64,000 bases of DNA from Octopus sinensis. Taxonomy: Eukaryota. Below, one piece after another: positions 26,806 to 39,945 of the stretch (within the stretch, counting starts at the first letter, position 1; every line of letters starts with the position of its first letter). The position numbers and the translations under genes are program-made. The notes beneath the pieces are model-generated. The model was not told the origin of the DNA, did not search any database, and saw only the letters and a list, made by a program, of their open reading frames with translations. The DNA lies in the NCBI RefSeq assembly GCF_006345805.1, contig NC_042997.1, forward strand, positions 77,438,001 through 77,502,000. Direction: 5' to 3'.

Positions 26806-26808
<3 letters not shown>
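26280..26808. repeat. 161-bp identical direct repeats (26280-26440, 26648-26808), period 368 bp
   Basis: CCGCGAAGAATCGGCAGCC...GGATCAGAATAATAATAATTA read twice with no differences seen. Confidence 0.9.
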
Positions 26809-26888
<80 letters not shown>

Positions 26889-26914
26889 GCAAATATATAT
26901 ATATATATGTATGC

Positions 26915-26954
<40 letters not shown>

Positions 26955-27099
26955 TCCACTCTTTTGCCTTTAAAAACCCACTTTGCTCTTGTTATCGTCA
27001 ACATCCGCCTTTCACCATGTGCAACTCGTAAACACCAGTCGTCTTTTTTCTCTTTCCCTGTTGCCCGCTCTGGGATCTTTCTTTCCTCTCTCTTCCTTC

Positions 27100-27140
27100 T
27101 TTATGTTTCCGACGAAGAGCTCCGCTCGAAACGTCATGCC
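27100..27140 (+). ncRNA. Degenerate minimal type I hammerhead ribozyme
   Basis: CCGACGA-A-GAGC/tcc/GCTC-GAAA-CGTC; U4 replaced by C and stem I poor; inside a 280-bp unit between (TA)n tracts. Confidence 0.5.
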
Positions 27141-27361
27141 TCCCTGCTTCCATCTCCTGAGCGCCTATTAATAATAATACTGTAATTGTTCCTGTTGTTG
27201 TTGTTTTTTTGTTTCCCTTTTGGATTAATTATATATATATATATATATATAATATATATAATATATATATGTATGTATATATAGATATAGATAGATAGAT
27301 TATGTATATATATATATATATATATATGCATATATATATATAGATATACATATATATATGC

Positions 27362-27393
<32 letters not shown>

Positions 27394-27439
27394 TATATGC
27401 ATATATATATATATATATTTTTTTTTATTTTATAGAAGG

Positions 27440-27490
27440 AGCTTCTACAGGACTAGAACTGTTTCATTCAAAAGAAATCATCAGGAAGCT
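27440..27490 (-). ncRNA. Type I hammerhead ribozyme (PLE terminal repeat)
   Basis: agcttc-CUGAUGA-uUUC[uuuu]GAAu-GAAA-CAG[uucuaguc]CUG-UA-gaagcu: 6-bp stem I, 4-bp stem III, GUA site; stem II closed by a U-U mismatch. Confidence 0.7.
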
Positions 27491-28540
27491 AGTAGACAAG
27501 AGTTGTTTTGGCATTTATACATTTAGGCAGGTTTAAATGGGTGGTGTGGTGGGACTTTTTTGGGGGGTAGGCATGGCGCAAAACTGTCATTATAAGGGGA
27601 GTAGTCAAAGGAATCGTTGGTAAAGTAGATAAGAATAAATAAAAGAATAAAAAATAAAATTAAAAGATAAAAAAATATAAATAGAAAAATAGGGTTTTAG
27701 GTAAGTAGGGAGACCTCACTTGTACATCTACATATATTATATACACATATATACACCCGCATATTCACATATATCTATACATATACATACATACCACATA
27801 CATACATATATATATATATATAATACATACATACACATACATATACATATATATATACATACATATACATACATACATACACATACCCATGTACGTACAC
27901 ACAGATACACATATACATACATATACATACATATATGTATACCCACTCACACAAATATATACAAATGCATATACATGCACACACATACACACACATTTTT
28001 ATTCTCTTATTTTAATTTTATTATTACTGCTTTTTGTTTATATCTTTATTTTAAATTTTATCTTGACCGGTCAATCGGTCTCAAGGGACGATCTAAAGAT
28101 TCCGTTTATCTGTCTACTTACTTACGCAGGCACTCAATCACGCCCACACACTCACACGTACACACACGTACGTGTTATATTCATACACGCATACATCTAC
28201 ATACATTCACGTATATTCACATACACGCATACACATACATACCTCAACACACTCACAGAAGACTAGTCCATACATATACACTAATTAATATATATACACA
28301 TATACATATACACATACATACACATACATACATATACATACACATATACATATATATATATACATATATACTCATATACATATACATACACATATACACT
28401 CATACATATATACACACACACATACATATACATATACATATACATATATATATATATATATTATATATATATATATATATAAAACGGGATACATGCATAC
28501 TCAACTAATAATATTAATAATAATAATAATAATGATAATA

Positions 28541-29759
28541 TCATCATCATCATCATCATGGTTTAGCGTCCGCTTTCCATGCTAGCATGTATTGGACGGG
28601 TCAACTGGGGTCTGTGAAGCTGGAAGGCTTCGTCAGGCCCAGTCAGATCTCGCAGTGTTTCTACGGCTGGATGCCCTTCCTAACGCCAACCACTCCGCGA
28701 GTGTAGTGGGTGTTTTTTACGTGCCACCTGCACAGGTGCCAGACAGAGCTGGCGAACGGCCACGAACGGATGGTGCTTTTACGTGTCACCGGCACGGGGC
28801 CAGGCGATGCTGGCAACGGACACGAACGGATGGTGCTTTTACGTGCCACCGACACGGTTGCCAGACAGAGCTGGCAAACGGCCACGAGCGGACGGTGCTT
28901 TTACGTGTCACCGGCACGGGGGCCAGCCGAGGCTGGCAACGGGCACGAACGGATGGTGCTTTTACGTGCCACCGACACGGGGCCAGACAGAGCTGGCAAA
29001 CGGCCACGAACGGATGGTGCTTTTACGTGCCACCGACACGGGGCCAGACAGAGCAGGCAAACGGCCACGAAGGGGCGGTGCTTTTACGTGTCACCGGCAC
29101 GGGGCCAGGCGAGGCTGGCAACGAACACGAACGGATGGTGTTTTTACGTGCCACCGACACGGGGCCAGGCAGAGCTGGCAAACGGCCACAAGCGAATGGT
29201 GCTTTGTATCTATCACCGGCACGGGTGCCAGACGAGGCTGACAGCGGACACGAACGGATGGGTCACTTAACCCCTGCTTTCTGATATATGATTTGATTTT
29301 GATTGTTCTCACTGGTCTTGCCAGGTCTTCTCACGCACAGCATACTTCCATAGGTCTCGGTCTCTGGTCATTTCCTTGGTGAGACCTAGAGTTCGAAGGT
29401 CGTGCTTCACCACCTCGACCCAGGTTTTCCTGGGTCTACCTCTTCCACAGGTCCCCTCAACTGCCAGGGTGTGGCACTTTTTCATACACCTATCTTCATC
29501 CATTCTCACCATGTGACCATACCAGCGCAATCGTCTCTCTTGCACACAACATCTGATTCCTCTTAGGTCCAACTTTTCTCTCAAGGTACTTACACTCTGT
29601 CAAGTATGCACACTGACATTACACATCCAACGGAGCATACTAGCTTCATTTCTCGCGAGCTTACGCATGTCCTCAGCAGTCACGGCCCATGTTTCACTGC
29701 CATGTAGCATGGCTGTTCGTACACATGCATCATACAGTCTGCCTTTTACTCTGAGCGAG
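28541..29759 (-). mobile_element. 5'-truncated RTE LINE with about 9 tandem 58-60-bp units in the 3' UTR
   Basis: ERRLRWYGHMVRMDEDRC..GRGRPRKTW; (CAT)n tail; absent from the opposite inverted arm. Confidence 0.9.
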
Positions 29760-29940
29760 TAATAATAAAAATAATAAATATATATACGTGCAGTTACCCA
29801 TTATACAAACGGATACATACATATAAACATACCCATATATACCTATTTACACATATGTACATACACACATAACTCTACATACCTACATATACATAAACAC
29901 ACAAGCGTACATATATATATATACATATATATACATATAC

Positions 29941-30305
29941 AGGCGCAGGAGTGGCTGTGTGGTAAGTAGCTTGCTAACCAACCACACGGTTGCGGGTTCA
30001 GTCCCACTGCGTGGCATCTTGGGCAAGTGTCTTCTGCTATAGCCCCGGGCCGACCAATGCCTTGTGAGTGGATTTGGTAGACGGAACTGAAAGAAGCCTG
30101 TCGTATATATGTATATATATGTATATGTGTTGTGTTTGTGTGTCTGTGTTTGTCCCCCTAGCATTGCTTGACAACCGATGCTGGTGTGTTTAGGTCCCCG
30201 TCACTTAGCGGTTCGGCTAAAAGAGACCGATAGAATAAGTACTAAAAGGTGGTGCTCCAGCATGGCCGCAGTCAAATGACTGAAACAAGTAAAAGAGTAA
30301 AAGAG
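29941..30305 (+). mobile_element. tRNA-derived SINE
   Basis: GGCGCAGGAGTGGCTGTGTGGTAAG (A box-like), GGTTCAGTCCC (B box-like), family tail. Confidence 0.85.
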
Positions 30306-30339
30306 TATACATATATATATACATACACATACACATTGA

Positions 30340-31530
30340 CCCCCTTCGACGTCAGCATGGGTGCTAGCGACTCGGCTGAAATAAGTGACCTTGTGGGCCT
30401 TTTCATCCTCCATAAGCTGAAGACCCTATTCACAGGCCTCTCCGGTGGTCTTTACCGCGATGATGGCCTTTTTGCCCTCCGCAAAATAAACCCCAGGACC
30501 ACGGATGGGTTCCGGAAAAATCTTTACACTTTTTTTAAAAACTTAGGCCTTAGGATTACCTTAGAATCCAACTTAACCAAAGCTAACTTCCTTGACGTCA
30601 CCCTCGACTTAAAAACCTCAACTTTATTACCCGTACCACAAACCAAATGAATCCCTTAGATATATAGATATAATTCCAACCACCCCCCAAAATATATTAG
30701 ACAACCTAGTAAAAAGTGTCTCAATTAGAATATCTAGCCTGTCCGCTACTGAAGATATCTTTAATGCCGCCCAGCCCCCTATTACAACGAGGCCCTGGCC
30801 CGCAGTGGCTTTAAAGATAAGATCACCTATACTAGTCCCCCACGCCAACCCAGGAAAAATAGGCGAAACACATAGCTGGTACAACCCCCCCTTCACCGTG
30901 AGGTCGCTACAACACCTGTAGCTAAAATCTTCTTCACTCTCCTACAGAAACACTTCCCCACCCAACATAAGTACTATACTATCCTAAATAAGAACACCAT
31001 TAGACTCTCCTACTCTACCACGCCCAATCTAGCCAGGAACCTAGCCAACAACAACGTGAAAAAACTTAATATATCTACTCTTTCCGAGGCCCATCCACCA
31101 TCCGATAGCAATTTCAACTGCCCTGATAAAACCACCTGCCCCCTCAACAACAACTGCTACAGAGGGAACCTCGTATATACATGCGAGGTACGATCAGGCC
31201 CCGATGATAAAAAAAAGCGTACATCGGAATGACGTCAAACAGCTTTAAGACCCGTTGGTACGCCCCACACACACTCGTTCCGGCGACCTGATAAATCCAA
31301 CCAACTACCCTCGCCGCTCACATCTGGTACCTTAAAAGGAACTCCATCCCTTCAAGACCAAGTGGAGACTACTACAGAAGGCGCGTTCGTACACAGGAGG
31401 CCATACCTGCTGTGACCTTTGCATTTCCGAGAGCCTAGAGATCTTGTTCGCCAAAGGCCATCTCCTCAACAAGATCTCAGAACACTCCCCAAATTGCATG
31501 CATAAAATTTATGCAAACTACAAGAACTAT
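30340..31530 (+). pseudogene. Penelope-like (Neptune-type) RT plus GIY-YIG endonuclease, 5'-truncated and frameshifted
   Basis: MGASDSAEISDLVG, GLYRDDGL, NFLDVTL, YIDNSNHPP; then CPDKTTCPLNNNC, LVYTCEV, YIGMTSNSFKTRW, TLAAHIWYLK, CDLCISE, LLNK..EH..CMH. Confidence 0.9.
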
Positions 31531-31987
31531 AGACCCACCCGGCAACCCGATTGACGACACCCCACCCCCAACCCCACCGTTCCCCCAGCACCCCCGATTA
31601 ACTTTCCTCCTAAGACTATTCACAGATTGTATTTGTACACTTGTATATATGTATTGTATATATGTATAGAAATGAATAGGTGTTAGTAGGAATATAGGCA
31701 TGTATGTGAGTGCGTGTATGTGTATTTGTATGTACATGTGTATGGGTGTATGTGGTGGTTTTTTATATTTATATGTTTTTTTACATATATATATATATAT
31801 ATATATGAATGGTATATATATGTGTATATATATGTGTATGTATGTGTATGTGTATGTATGTGTATTATATATGGTTGTATATATGTGTTGTTGTGTAGTA
31901 TGTCTGTGTGTTTATGTGGTATATATATATGTATAATATGTATGTGTATATATATGTATATATATGTGTATATATATATATATATAT

Positions 31988-32018
<31 letters not shown>

Positions 32019-32034
32019 ATATGTATATATATGT

Positions 32035-32644
32035 GTACGCTCGTGTGTTTAGGTATATGTAAGTATGTAGAGTTGTGTGTATGTGTATGTATGTATATAT
32101 ATGTATATGTGTAGATGGGTATATACGTGTATGCTTATATGCATGTTTCCGTCTGTACAAAGGGTAACTACATGTGTATATATATCTATTATTTATTATT
32201 CATTATTTATTACACGAGTATGCGTTTGTATGCATGTATGTATTTATGTATATAAGGAGGCGCGTGAGTGTGTGTATGTGTATGCATTTGTATAAACATA
32301 TGTATACATTTATGCATGTATGTGCTTGTGTGTATATATATGTGTGTATGTATGTATGTATATATACACAACATATATATATGTGTATATGTGTGTGTGT
32401 GTGTATGTGTATTGTATATTATATATTGTGTGTTTAATGTAATATATAGATATTATATATGTATATATATCTAGTATTGTATGTGTATGTATGTGTATGT
32501 GTATTATGTGTATGTATGTATGTATATGTATGTTTATGTGTATATGTATGTGTATGTATGTGTATGTATGTGTATGTATGTATGTCTGTATAGTGTATAT
32601 ATAATGTATATGTATATATGTATATATATATATATGTATATATA

Positions 32645-32675
<31 letters not shown>

Positions 32676-33138
32676 GTGTACGCTCGTGTGTTTAAGTATA
32701 TGTAAGTATGTAGAGTTATGTGTATGTACATGTATGTATGTATATATGCATATGTGCAGATAGGTATATACGTGTATGCATATATGTATGTTTCCGTCTG
32801 TACAAAGGGTAACTGCATGTGTATATATATCTATTATTTATTATTTATTATTCAATATTTATTACATGAGTATGCGTTTGTATGCATGTATGTATTTATG
32901 TATATAAGGAGGCGCGTGAGTGTGTGTATGTGTATGCATTTGTATAAACATATGTATACATTTATGCATGTATGTGCTTGTGTGTATGTGTATGTATATG
33001 TATATATATGTGTGTATATATACACATGTATATATATATATATGTATATATATGTATATATATATATATATGTATGTATATGTATATGTGTGTGTATGTG
33101 TATGTGTATATATATATGTGTAGATGTGTGTGTAAATG

Positions 33139-33173
<35 letters not shown>

Positions 33174-33450
33174 ATGTGTGTGTATGTGTGTATGTGTGTA
33201 TGTGTATATGGATGTGTATATATATGTGTGTGTATGTGTATGTATATATATATGTATATATATATACATATATATATGTATATATATGTATATATATATG
33301 TACGCTTGTGTGTTTATGTATATGTAGGTATGTAGAGTTATGTGTGTATGTATGTATGTATGTATATATACATAAGTGTAAATAGGTATATATGGGTATG
33401 TTTATATGTATGTATCCGTTGGTATAATGGGTAACTGCACGTATATATAT
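32035..33450. repeat. About 620-640-bp tandem units of degenerate TA/TG microsatellite
   Basis: Anchor GTACGC(T)(C/T)GTGTGTTT recurs at 32035, 32678 and 33300; GGGTAACT recurs in each unit. Confidence 0.75.
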
Positions 33451-33538
33451 TTATTATTTTTATTATTATTATTATCATTATTATTATTATTATTTATTAT
33501 TATTATTAGTTGAGTATGCATGTATCCCGTTTTATATA

Positions 33539-33581
<43 letters not shown>

Positions 33582-34528
33582 GTATATGTATATGTATGTG
33601 TGTGTTTATATGTATGAGTGTATATGTGTATGTATATGTATATGAGTAATATGTATATATATATATGTATATGTGTATGTATATATATGTATGTGGTATG
33701 TATGTGTATATGTATATGTGTATATATATTAATTAGTGTAGATGTATGGACTAGTCTTCTGTGAGTGTGTTGAGGTATGTATGTGTATGCTTTATGTGAA
33801 TATACGTGAATGTATGTAGATGTATGCGTGTATGAAATAACCGTACGTGTGTGTACGTGTGAGTGTGTGGGCGTGAGTGAGTGCCTGCGTAAGTAAGTAG
33901 ACAGATAAACGGAATTCTTAGATCGTCCCTTGAGACCGATTGACGGTCAAGATAAAAATAAAAATAAAGATATAAACAAAAAGCAGTAATAATAATAATT
34001 AAAATAAGAGAATAAAAATGTGTGTGGATGTGGTGGCATGTATATGCATTTGTATATATTGTGCGAGTGGGTATACATATATGTATGTATATGTATGTAT
34101 ATGTGTATCTGTGTTACGTACATGGGTATGTGTATTATGTATGTATATGTATGTATATATATATGTATATGTATGTGTATGTATTATATATATATAAATA
34201 TATATATATGTATGTATATGTGGGTATGTATGTATATGTATAGATATTGTGAATATGCGGGTGTATATTGTGTATAGATATATATGGTAGTAGATGTACA
34301 GTGAGAGTCTCCCTACTTACCTAAAACCCTATTTTTCTATTTATATTTTTTTATCTTTTTATTTATTTTTTTATTCTTTTATTTTCTATTATCTACTTAC
34401 CAACGATTCCTTTTGACCACTCCCTTATAATGACAGTTTTGCGCCATGCCTACCCCCCAAAAAAGTCCACCACCACCACCCATTTAAACCTGCCTAAATG
34501 TATAAATGCCAAAACAACTCTTGCTACT

Positions 34529-34579
34529 AGCTTCCTGATGATTTCTTTTGATGAAAACAGTTCTAGTCCTGTAGAAGCT
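34529..34579 (+). ncRNA. Hammerhead ribozyme, second copy of the 27440 motif
   Basis: agcttc-CUGAUGA-...-GAAAACAG...CUGUA-gaagcu with small indels around stem II. Confidence 0.55.
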
Positions 34580-34812
34580 CCTTTTATAAAATAAATTAAT
34601 TTACTCTGCTATGTATTGAGTACCTTATTGACTGTGGTAACCCCGACTCAACCCGGACCCTATATATATATATATATATATATAATTAATTAATAAGGGT
34701 GAGAGAATTAGATACTAATTTAATAGTATATTTATTCAACACCAAGTGGCCTAGTGCTACGAGAAACCTGGATTATTATATTTTTTATAATATTATAATA
34801 TTTTACAAAATA

Positions 34813-35000
34813 AATATAAGAGAGTGGTCACTATATTGCTCACCTAGCACCAGTTAATCCAAAAGGTTTCACAAACACGAAAATACATGTTTCCCATGAA
34901 AGCCAGTACTGGCTTCATGGGAAACATGTATTTTCGTGGTTGAAACCTTTTGGATTAACTGGTGCTAGAGTGAGCAATATAGTGACCACTCTCTTATATT
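34813..35000. repeat. Near-perfect zero-spacer palindrome (about 94-bp arms)
   Basis: Centre AGT/ACT at 34907/34908; arms differ by a few small indels or substitutions. Confidence 0.92.
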
Positions 35001-35052
35001 ATTTATTTTATATATATATATATATATATATATTAATATATATATATATTAT

Positions 35053-35087
<35 letters not shown>

Positions 35088-35206
35088 AATGCATAATATA
35101 TATAGATATACATATATATATATATATATGCATATATATATATATATATATATACATATAATATATATATGCATATATATATATATAATATATTATATAT
35201 ATATAT

Positions 35207-35241
<35 letters not shown>

Positions 35242-35277
35242 GCATATATATATATATGCATATATATAATATATACT

Positions 35278-38200
35278 TTTGACCGACCAGTCCGTCAGGC
35301 GTCCATTTGACACCGCTGTCACAGCACGCTGTCCACTCCTCTCTGGATCGCGCCTTTCTCATCCACGTGATCCCAATCGTCCTCTTGAAATCGTCACTCC
35401 ACTGTTGTGGATGTCTTCAAGGTGGTCTTTTCCGCTCACGCGGGTACCATTCGACAACTGCGTGTGTCCGCCAATTATCGGTGAGCCAGGCGACGTGTCC
35501 AGCCCATCTATACTTGATGCAAGTATACTACTCTGCGATGACATCTCTCACGCCGGACTTCTTTCTGATGATGCTGCTATTTATGTGCTCTCCAACGAGA
35601 TACCAAGCATTGACCTTTCCATGCTCTTTGAGCCGTTATCTCTTTGCTCTTCTCTCTTTGTGGTAGCCCATGTTTCACTACCATATAACATTGCAGGCAG
35701 AACTGCACTGTTAATGAGGTTGGCGCGGGTGGTCCTGTCCAACCTTCCCTTGAGCACATCCCTTATGCCATTGAACGCCTTCCATCCGGCCCTTACTCTC
35801 CGTGAGATCTCCTTTTTGATATCCCAGCACATATGTACTTCCTGTCCCAGGTAGACATATTCTCTCACCTCCTCTATTTCATCACTGCTGATCACCATTC
35901 GACCTGTTGGTACGTTGTCTGACCGCATGAACTTTGTTTTCATGCGGTTCATCTTGAGACCTACTGCAGAACTTTCGATGTCGAGCTCCGTCAGCATGGT
36001 CTGAAGCTGATCCATGTTTTCAGCGATGAGTATGATGTATCAGCGAAACGGAGGTGAGTGAGGAGCTCGCCATTGATGTTGACACTACCTTGCCATTCGA
36101 TGCCTCTGATGATCTGTTCGAGACATGCAGTGAAAAGTTTTGGGGAGATTGTATCTCCTTGCTTCACTCCCTTCTCGACCGGCACTCGTATGGGTGATGA
36201 CAGTAGAGCTATGTCGCTGGTGCATCCAGAATTTGCCTCTCTGAGCAGCTGCACATATTGCGCTTCGATTCCTTGCCTCTGCAGCGAGTTCAGCACTGCA
36301 TTGGTTTCGACGCTATCAAAGGCTTTCTCATAATCTATAAACACAACGCAAAGAGGCAGCTTGTACTCATTTGCTCGCTCAAGCAGTTGCGTTAGAGCAA
36401 ATATATGGTCCATTGTGCTGTAGTTCTTCTGGAAGCCTGCTTGCTCCCTCGGTTGTTGTTCGTCGAGACGACGTGACAACCTGTTCAGAATTATCTTCGT
36501 GAACAGCTTGTACACGTGAGACAGCAGGCATATGGGTCGGTAGTTCTTTAGATCTTCTCTGTCGCCCTTCTTATACAGCAGGATGGTATTTGACTCTTTC
36601 CACTGCAAGGGAATTCTTCCTTCGTCTAGATAGTGTGTAAATCGCTCAGCGAGGATTTTCCAGAGCTGCTCTCTGCCTGACTTTAGCACCTCCGATGTTA
36701 TAAACCGTCTTTCCTGGAGCCTTTCATTTTTCATCGAGCCGATGGCTCTTTCAAACTCACTGACAAGGATAGGTGGCACGTTTTTTCTTCCTGTTGGAGT
36801 GGTGGTAACGGCTGACATTTCTGGTAGACTTACAGAGCTTGGTGTAGAAGTCTCACAACTTTTTCCATCTCGCTCTCTCGTTGACCGTATTCCATCTGTA
36901 TTTTTCAGGGCTGTCACCTCCGATCTATATAGTACCACCATTCCCTCTTGCATTTCTTGAGGCTCTTCTTTTCCTCTGCGGCCTTCAAGAGATTTTCCAT
37001 CCGGTATGCCCTCAAAGTCTTTCTTTAGTTGCTGACGAATCACTCTGCTGAGAATGGAATATTCAAGGTGATCTTCAATAGTCATCTTCATATTTTTCCT
37101 CTTCTCGAGTAACTTCGTAGTTTCTTCTGAGATTCTTCCCTTCTTTTCTCTTGGGCATACACCCTTAGCCTTCCTTAAACACTCCTTCAGTTTCCCTATC
37201 AGTGAGTTGTAGTCATCGTCTATGTCATCTCCTTGGCACCAGTCTTCCTGCATGATGGCTTCCTGCAGCTTTGCCTCGTTGTAGACTCGGACATGTTTTC
37301 CCTTCGACGCCAAATATAACGCCATCTTCTCGTCGTTAACGACCCTCACTGCCGGTGTTGAATGGCGTCACGATGGAGACGTCATGCAATATGCGTCGCT
37401 TATCAACCAGGATGTAGTCGATCTCGCTGGTGTCTTAGAGTTCGGATCCAAGTCCATCTCTGCTCCCTCTTCCGAATGGCTGTCCGGTAGCTGGCGCGGA
37501 GCCAAGTCCTTCTCATGCCAATCCATCTCCCTCTCTGTATGGCTCGTCCATTCTTTCCAATCTAGCCATTGCTGTCCTCTCCTGTCTTCTCCAACATCTC
37601 GTTCCAATTTTCCTCCTCTCTCTCTCTCCAGCCAATCTTCGCGTTGAAATCTCCTCTGTTTCTCATCAACCAACCTTTGTCCAGAGCTTGTCAGTTCTTC
37701 CAGTCGGTCGTCGTCGCGGGCTATCATGTAGACCATAGCCTTGTCTAGTTGTCGATAGAATTCTTCCACTCGTCGTCGTCGCTGGCACTTGTGGGAGCAT
37801 AGGTCTGGACAATCTTGATTGGCTTCCGAGAGTTCACATTTAGTACACCAATCCGTGATGATATGAAGTGGCAAGAAGCGACCCTCGAAGCCCATTCCTT
37901 ACTTACGATGAATCCGATACCTCCGACCAATCTAGCACCTTCTGCTCTTCCTAATCTCACAATGCATTCATCTTACCATCGTATACTCGCTTCCTTCTTC
38001 CAGCATGTCTCGCACAACCCTAACACATCGCACCTGATCTTCTTCCTCTCCTCCATTAGGTGGTTCAGTTCTTGCTACCCTGCCACAGACCTGCAGTTGT
38101 AGGTGCATATGGCAAGTTTAGTCCTGTTCCATGACGGCTTTCGGGAACCTGTGATTCTTAGCAGCCTCTTGTTGCTCGAGTTGCACTCTGCCGTCATGGG

Positions 38201-38350
38201 GTGGCCCGATTGATGTGCAGGGTACTGAGGCCCTTTTCCTTTTCTCTTCGTTCTTCGTGCTGTTTTAGCCATAAGATGACGCCATCCCACTGGCTGGGCA
38301 GGCAGGACGTATTTTGTTGGATGGCCGTTGACTCTTCAGGAGTTTATCCC
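35278..38350 (-). mobile_element. Near full-length RTE-clade LINE (APE + RT), frameshifted
   Basis: ICTYNCRS, GGIGFIVS, IVQTYAPTS, NYRPICLL, DYEKAFDSVE, GVKQGDTISPKLF, HLRFAD, YVYLGQ, LYGSETW; flanked by (TA)n on both sides. Confidence 0.92.
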
Positions 38351-38498
38351 CTATATAGATATACATATATGTATATATATATATATATATAATAATATAT
38401 ATTATATATATATAATATATTATATATGCATATATATATATATAATATATATATATGTATATAATATACTATATATATATATATATATATATATTATA

Positions 38499-38541
<43 letters not shown>

Positions 38542-38542
<1 letters not shown>

Positions 38543-39225
38543 AATAGAGATAGGGGTTGTAATGCAACCCTCCATGGGATAACATATATCCAATATACTA
38601 CTGCTTTTGCATCTAGGTACTAATTTGTGTATGTTTATTATCACAATATTAAGTAAAAAAAACTGAGACATTGAATGTGGAACACATATATATGTTTACT
38701 AATTTATATTATTTATTTATATCCTTATGTATATGTATATTTTTATATGTATAAGAGTGTGAGTATATGCACTCATATGTATATGTATATGTTGTATTAT
38801 GGGTATGCACCCACAACCATGTGGGTATATATGTAGACTGATTTATATTACATAATCTCCGAAGAGGCCTTATGATATTTTTGTAATGTCTCATTTATAT
38901 CTATATATTGACCAACCATAAAGGGCTAATATTGGTAAAATGAGACATACTTATCTACATGGCCGAAACAGCTGTAAGATGTAATCTATACTTATATATT
39001 TATATTTACTTATATCTATATTCTCTTTTATATATTCTACTTATTATACAACATTACTCTTTTATGTACACTTTTTTATGTACATTCCTTTATGTACACT
39101 GATTTGTTCTGCTTTTTATATTTAACCTACAGTCTCTTATGTGGTGGTTTAATAAAGTATGTGATTGAGTATTATCTGGTAATTGATATTGATTTAGATG
39201 TATTTCTCCATTTTCTTATCTTGTA
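38542..39225 (+). mobile_element. Non-autonomous HHR-bearing element, family shared with 51165-52235
   Basis: Same start (ACAAAT.GAGATAGGGGTTGT...CCATGGGATAACATATATCC) and end (GATGTATTTCTCCATTTTCTTAT) as the 51-52 kb copy; (TA)n flanks. Confidence 0.8.
38855..38980 (+). ncRNA. Hammerhead ribozyme with long stem II (core variant CCGAAGA)
   Basis: aucu-CCGAAGA-GGCC...GGCC-GAAA-CAGCUG-UA-agau. Confidence 0.6.
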
Positions 39226-39437
39226 TATATATATATTATATATATTATATATATATATAATATATATATATATATTATATATATATTTGTATATTATATA
39301 TATATGTTATCTATATATATATATATTTATATTTTCATATATATTATATTTATATATTACATATATATATATATATATATTATATATATCTATATATTAC
39401 CATATATATTTTACATTTATATATATATATATATATA

Positions 39438-39481
<44 letters not shown>

Positions 39482-39490
39482 TAACCAAAT

Positions 39491-39574
39491 CTTGAGCTCA
39501 TGACGGAAATGTTGATAGGAGTATGTGTTTCTAGCATCTCTTTATCCAACTAATCCAGAAACGGCGTTCTCAAG
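39491..39574 (+). ncRNA. Degenerate hammerhead ribozyme (core CUCAUGA)
   Basis: cuugag-CUCAUGA-cGGA...UCCa-GAAA-CGGCG-UU-cucaag; perfect 6-bp stem I, G5 mutated. Confidence 0.55.
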
Positions 39575-39859
39575 TAATCGATGTACGTGTGATCTTTCGT
39601 TATTTTTCCCTCTATACCTACGTGAATTATTTTTTGAGTATACATTGTCTGGGAGACTTTTCTTATAGTAGAAGAAATAGCTAAAATTTTTTGGCTGTTA
39701 TTTCTACAAGTTCGGTGTGTGGTAAAGTAAACTTTTTTTACTGAACCCTAATTATATAATGTAATGTTTTAAATATACCATAAATGGTCTTTTTACATAC
39801 TGAACACTACATGGTAAAATTAATTAATAATTAATTAATTTTACCCTTTTATTATTGAC

Positions 39860-39944
<85 letters not shown>

Positions 39945-39945
<1 letters not shown>

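Larger units (their letters stand above)
27430..34590 (+). mobile_element. Penelope-like element with inverted terminal copy (arms about 27430-29935 and 33295-34590)
   Basis: Arms are reverse complements and each ends in an HHR; they enclose a PLE RT-GIY-YIG remnant that is sense with the right-arm HHR. Confidence 0.65.

Noticed and set aside
29941-30015. tRNA gene
   Set aside because: tRNA-like A/B boxes are SINE heads continuing into SINE body; no complete cloverleaf.
27720-33385. Long Tyr/Ile/His/Cys/Val/Met-rich ORFs
   Set aside because: Translations of TA/CA/TG microsatellites; the same applies at 39-41 kb, 54 kb and 63 kb.
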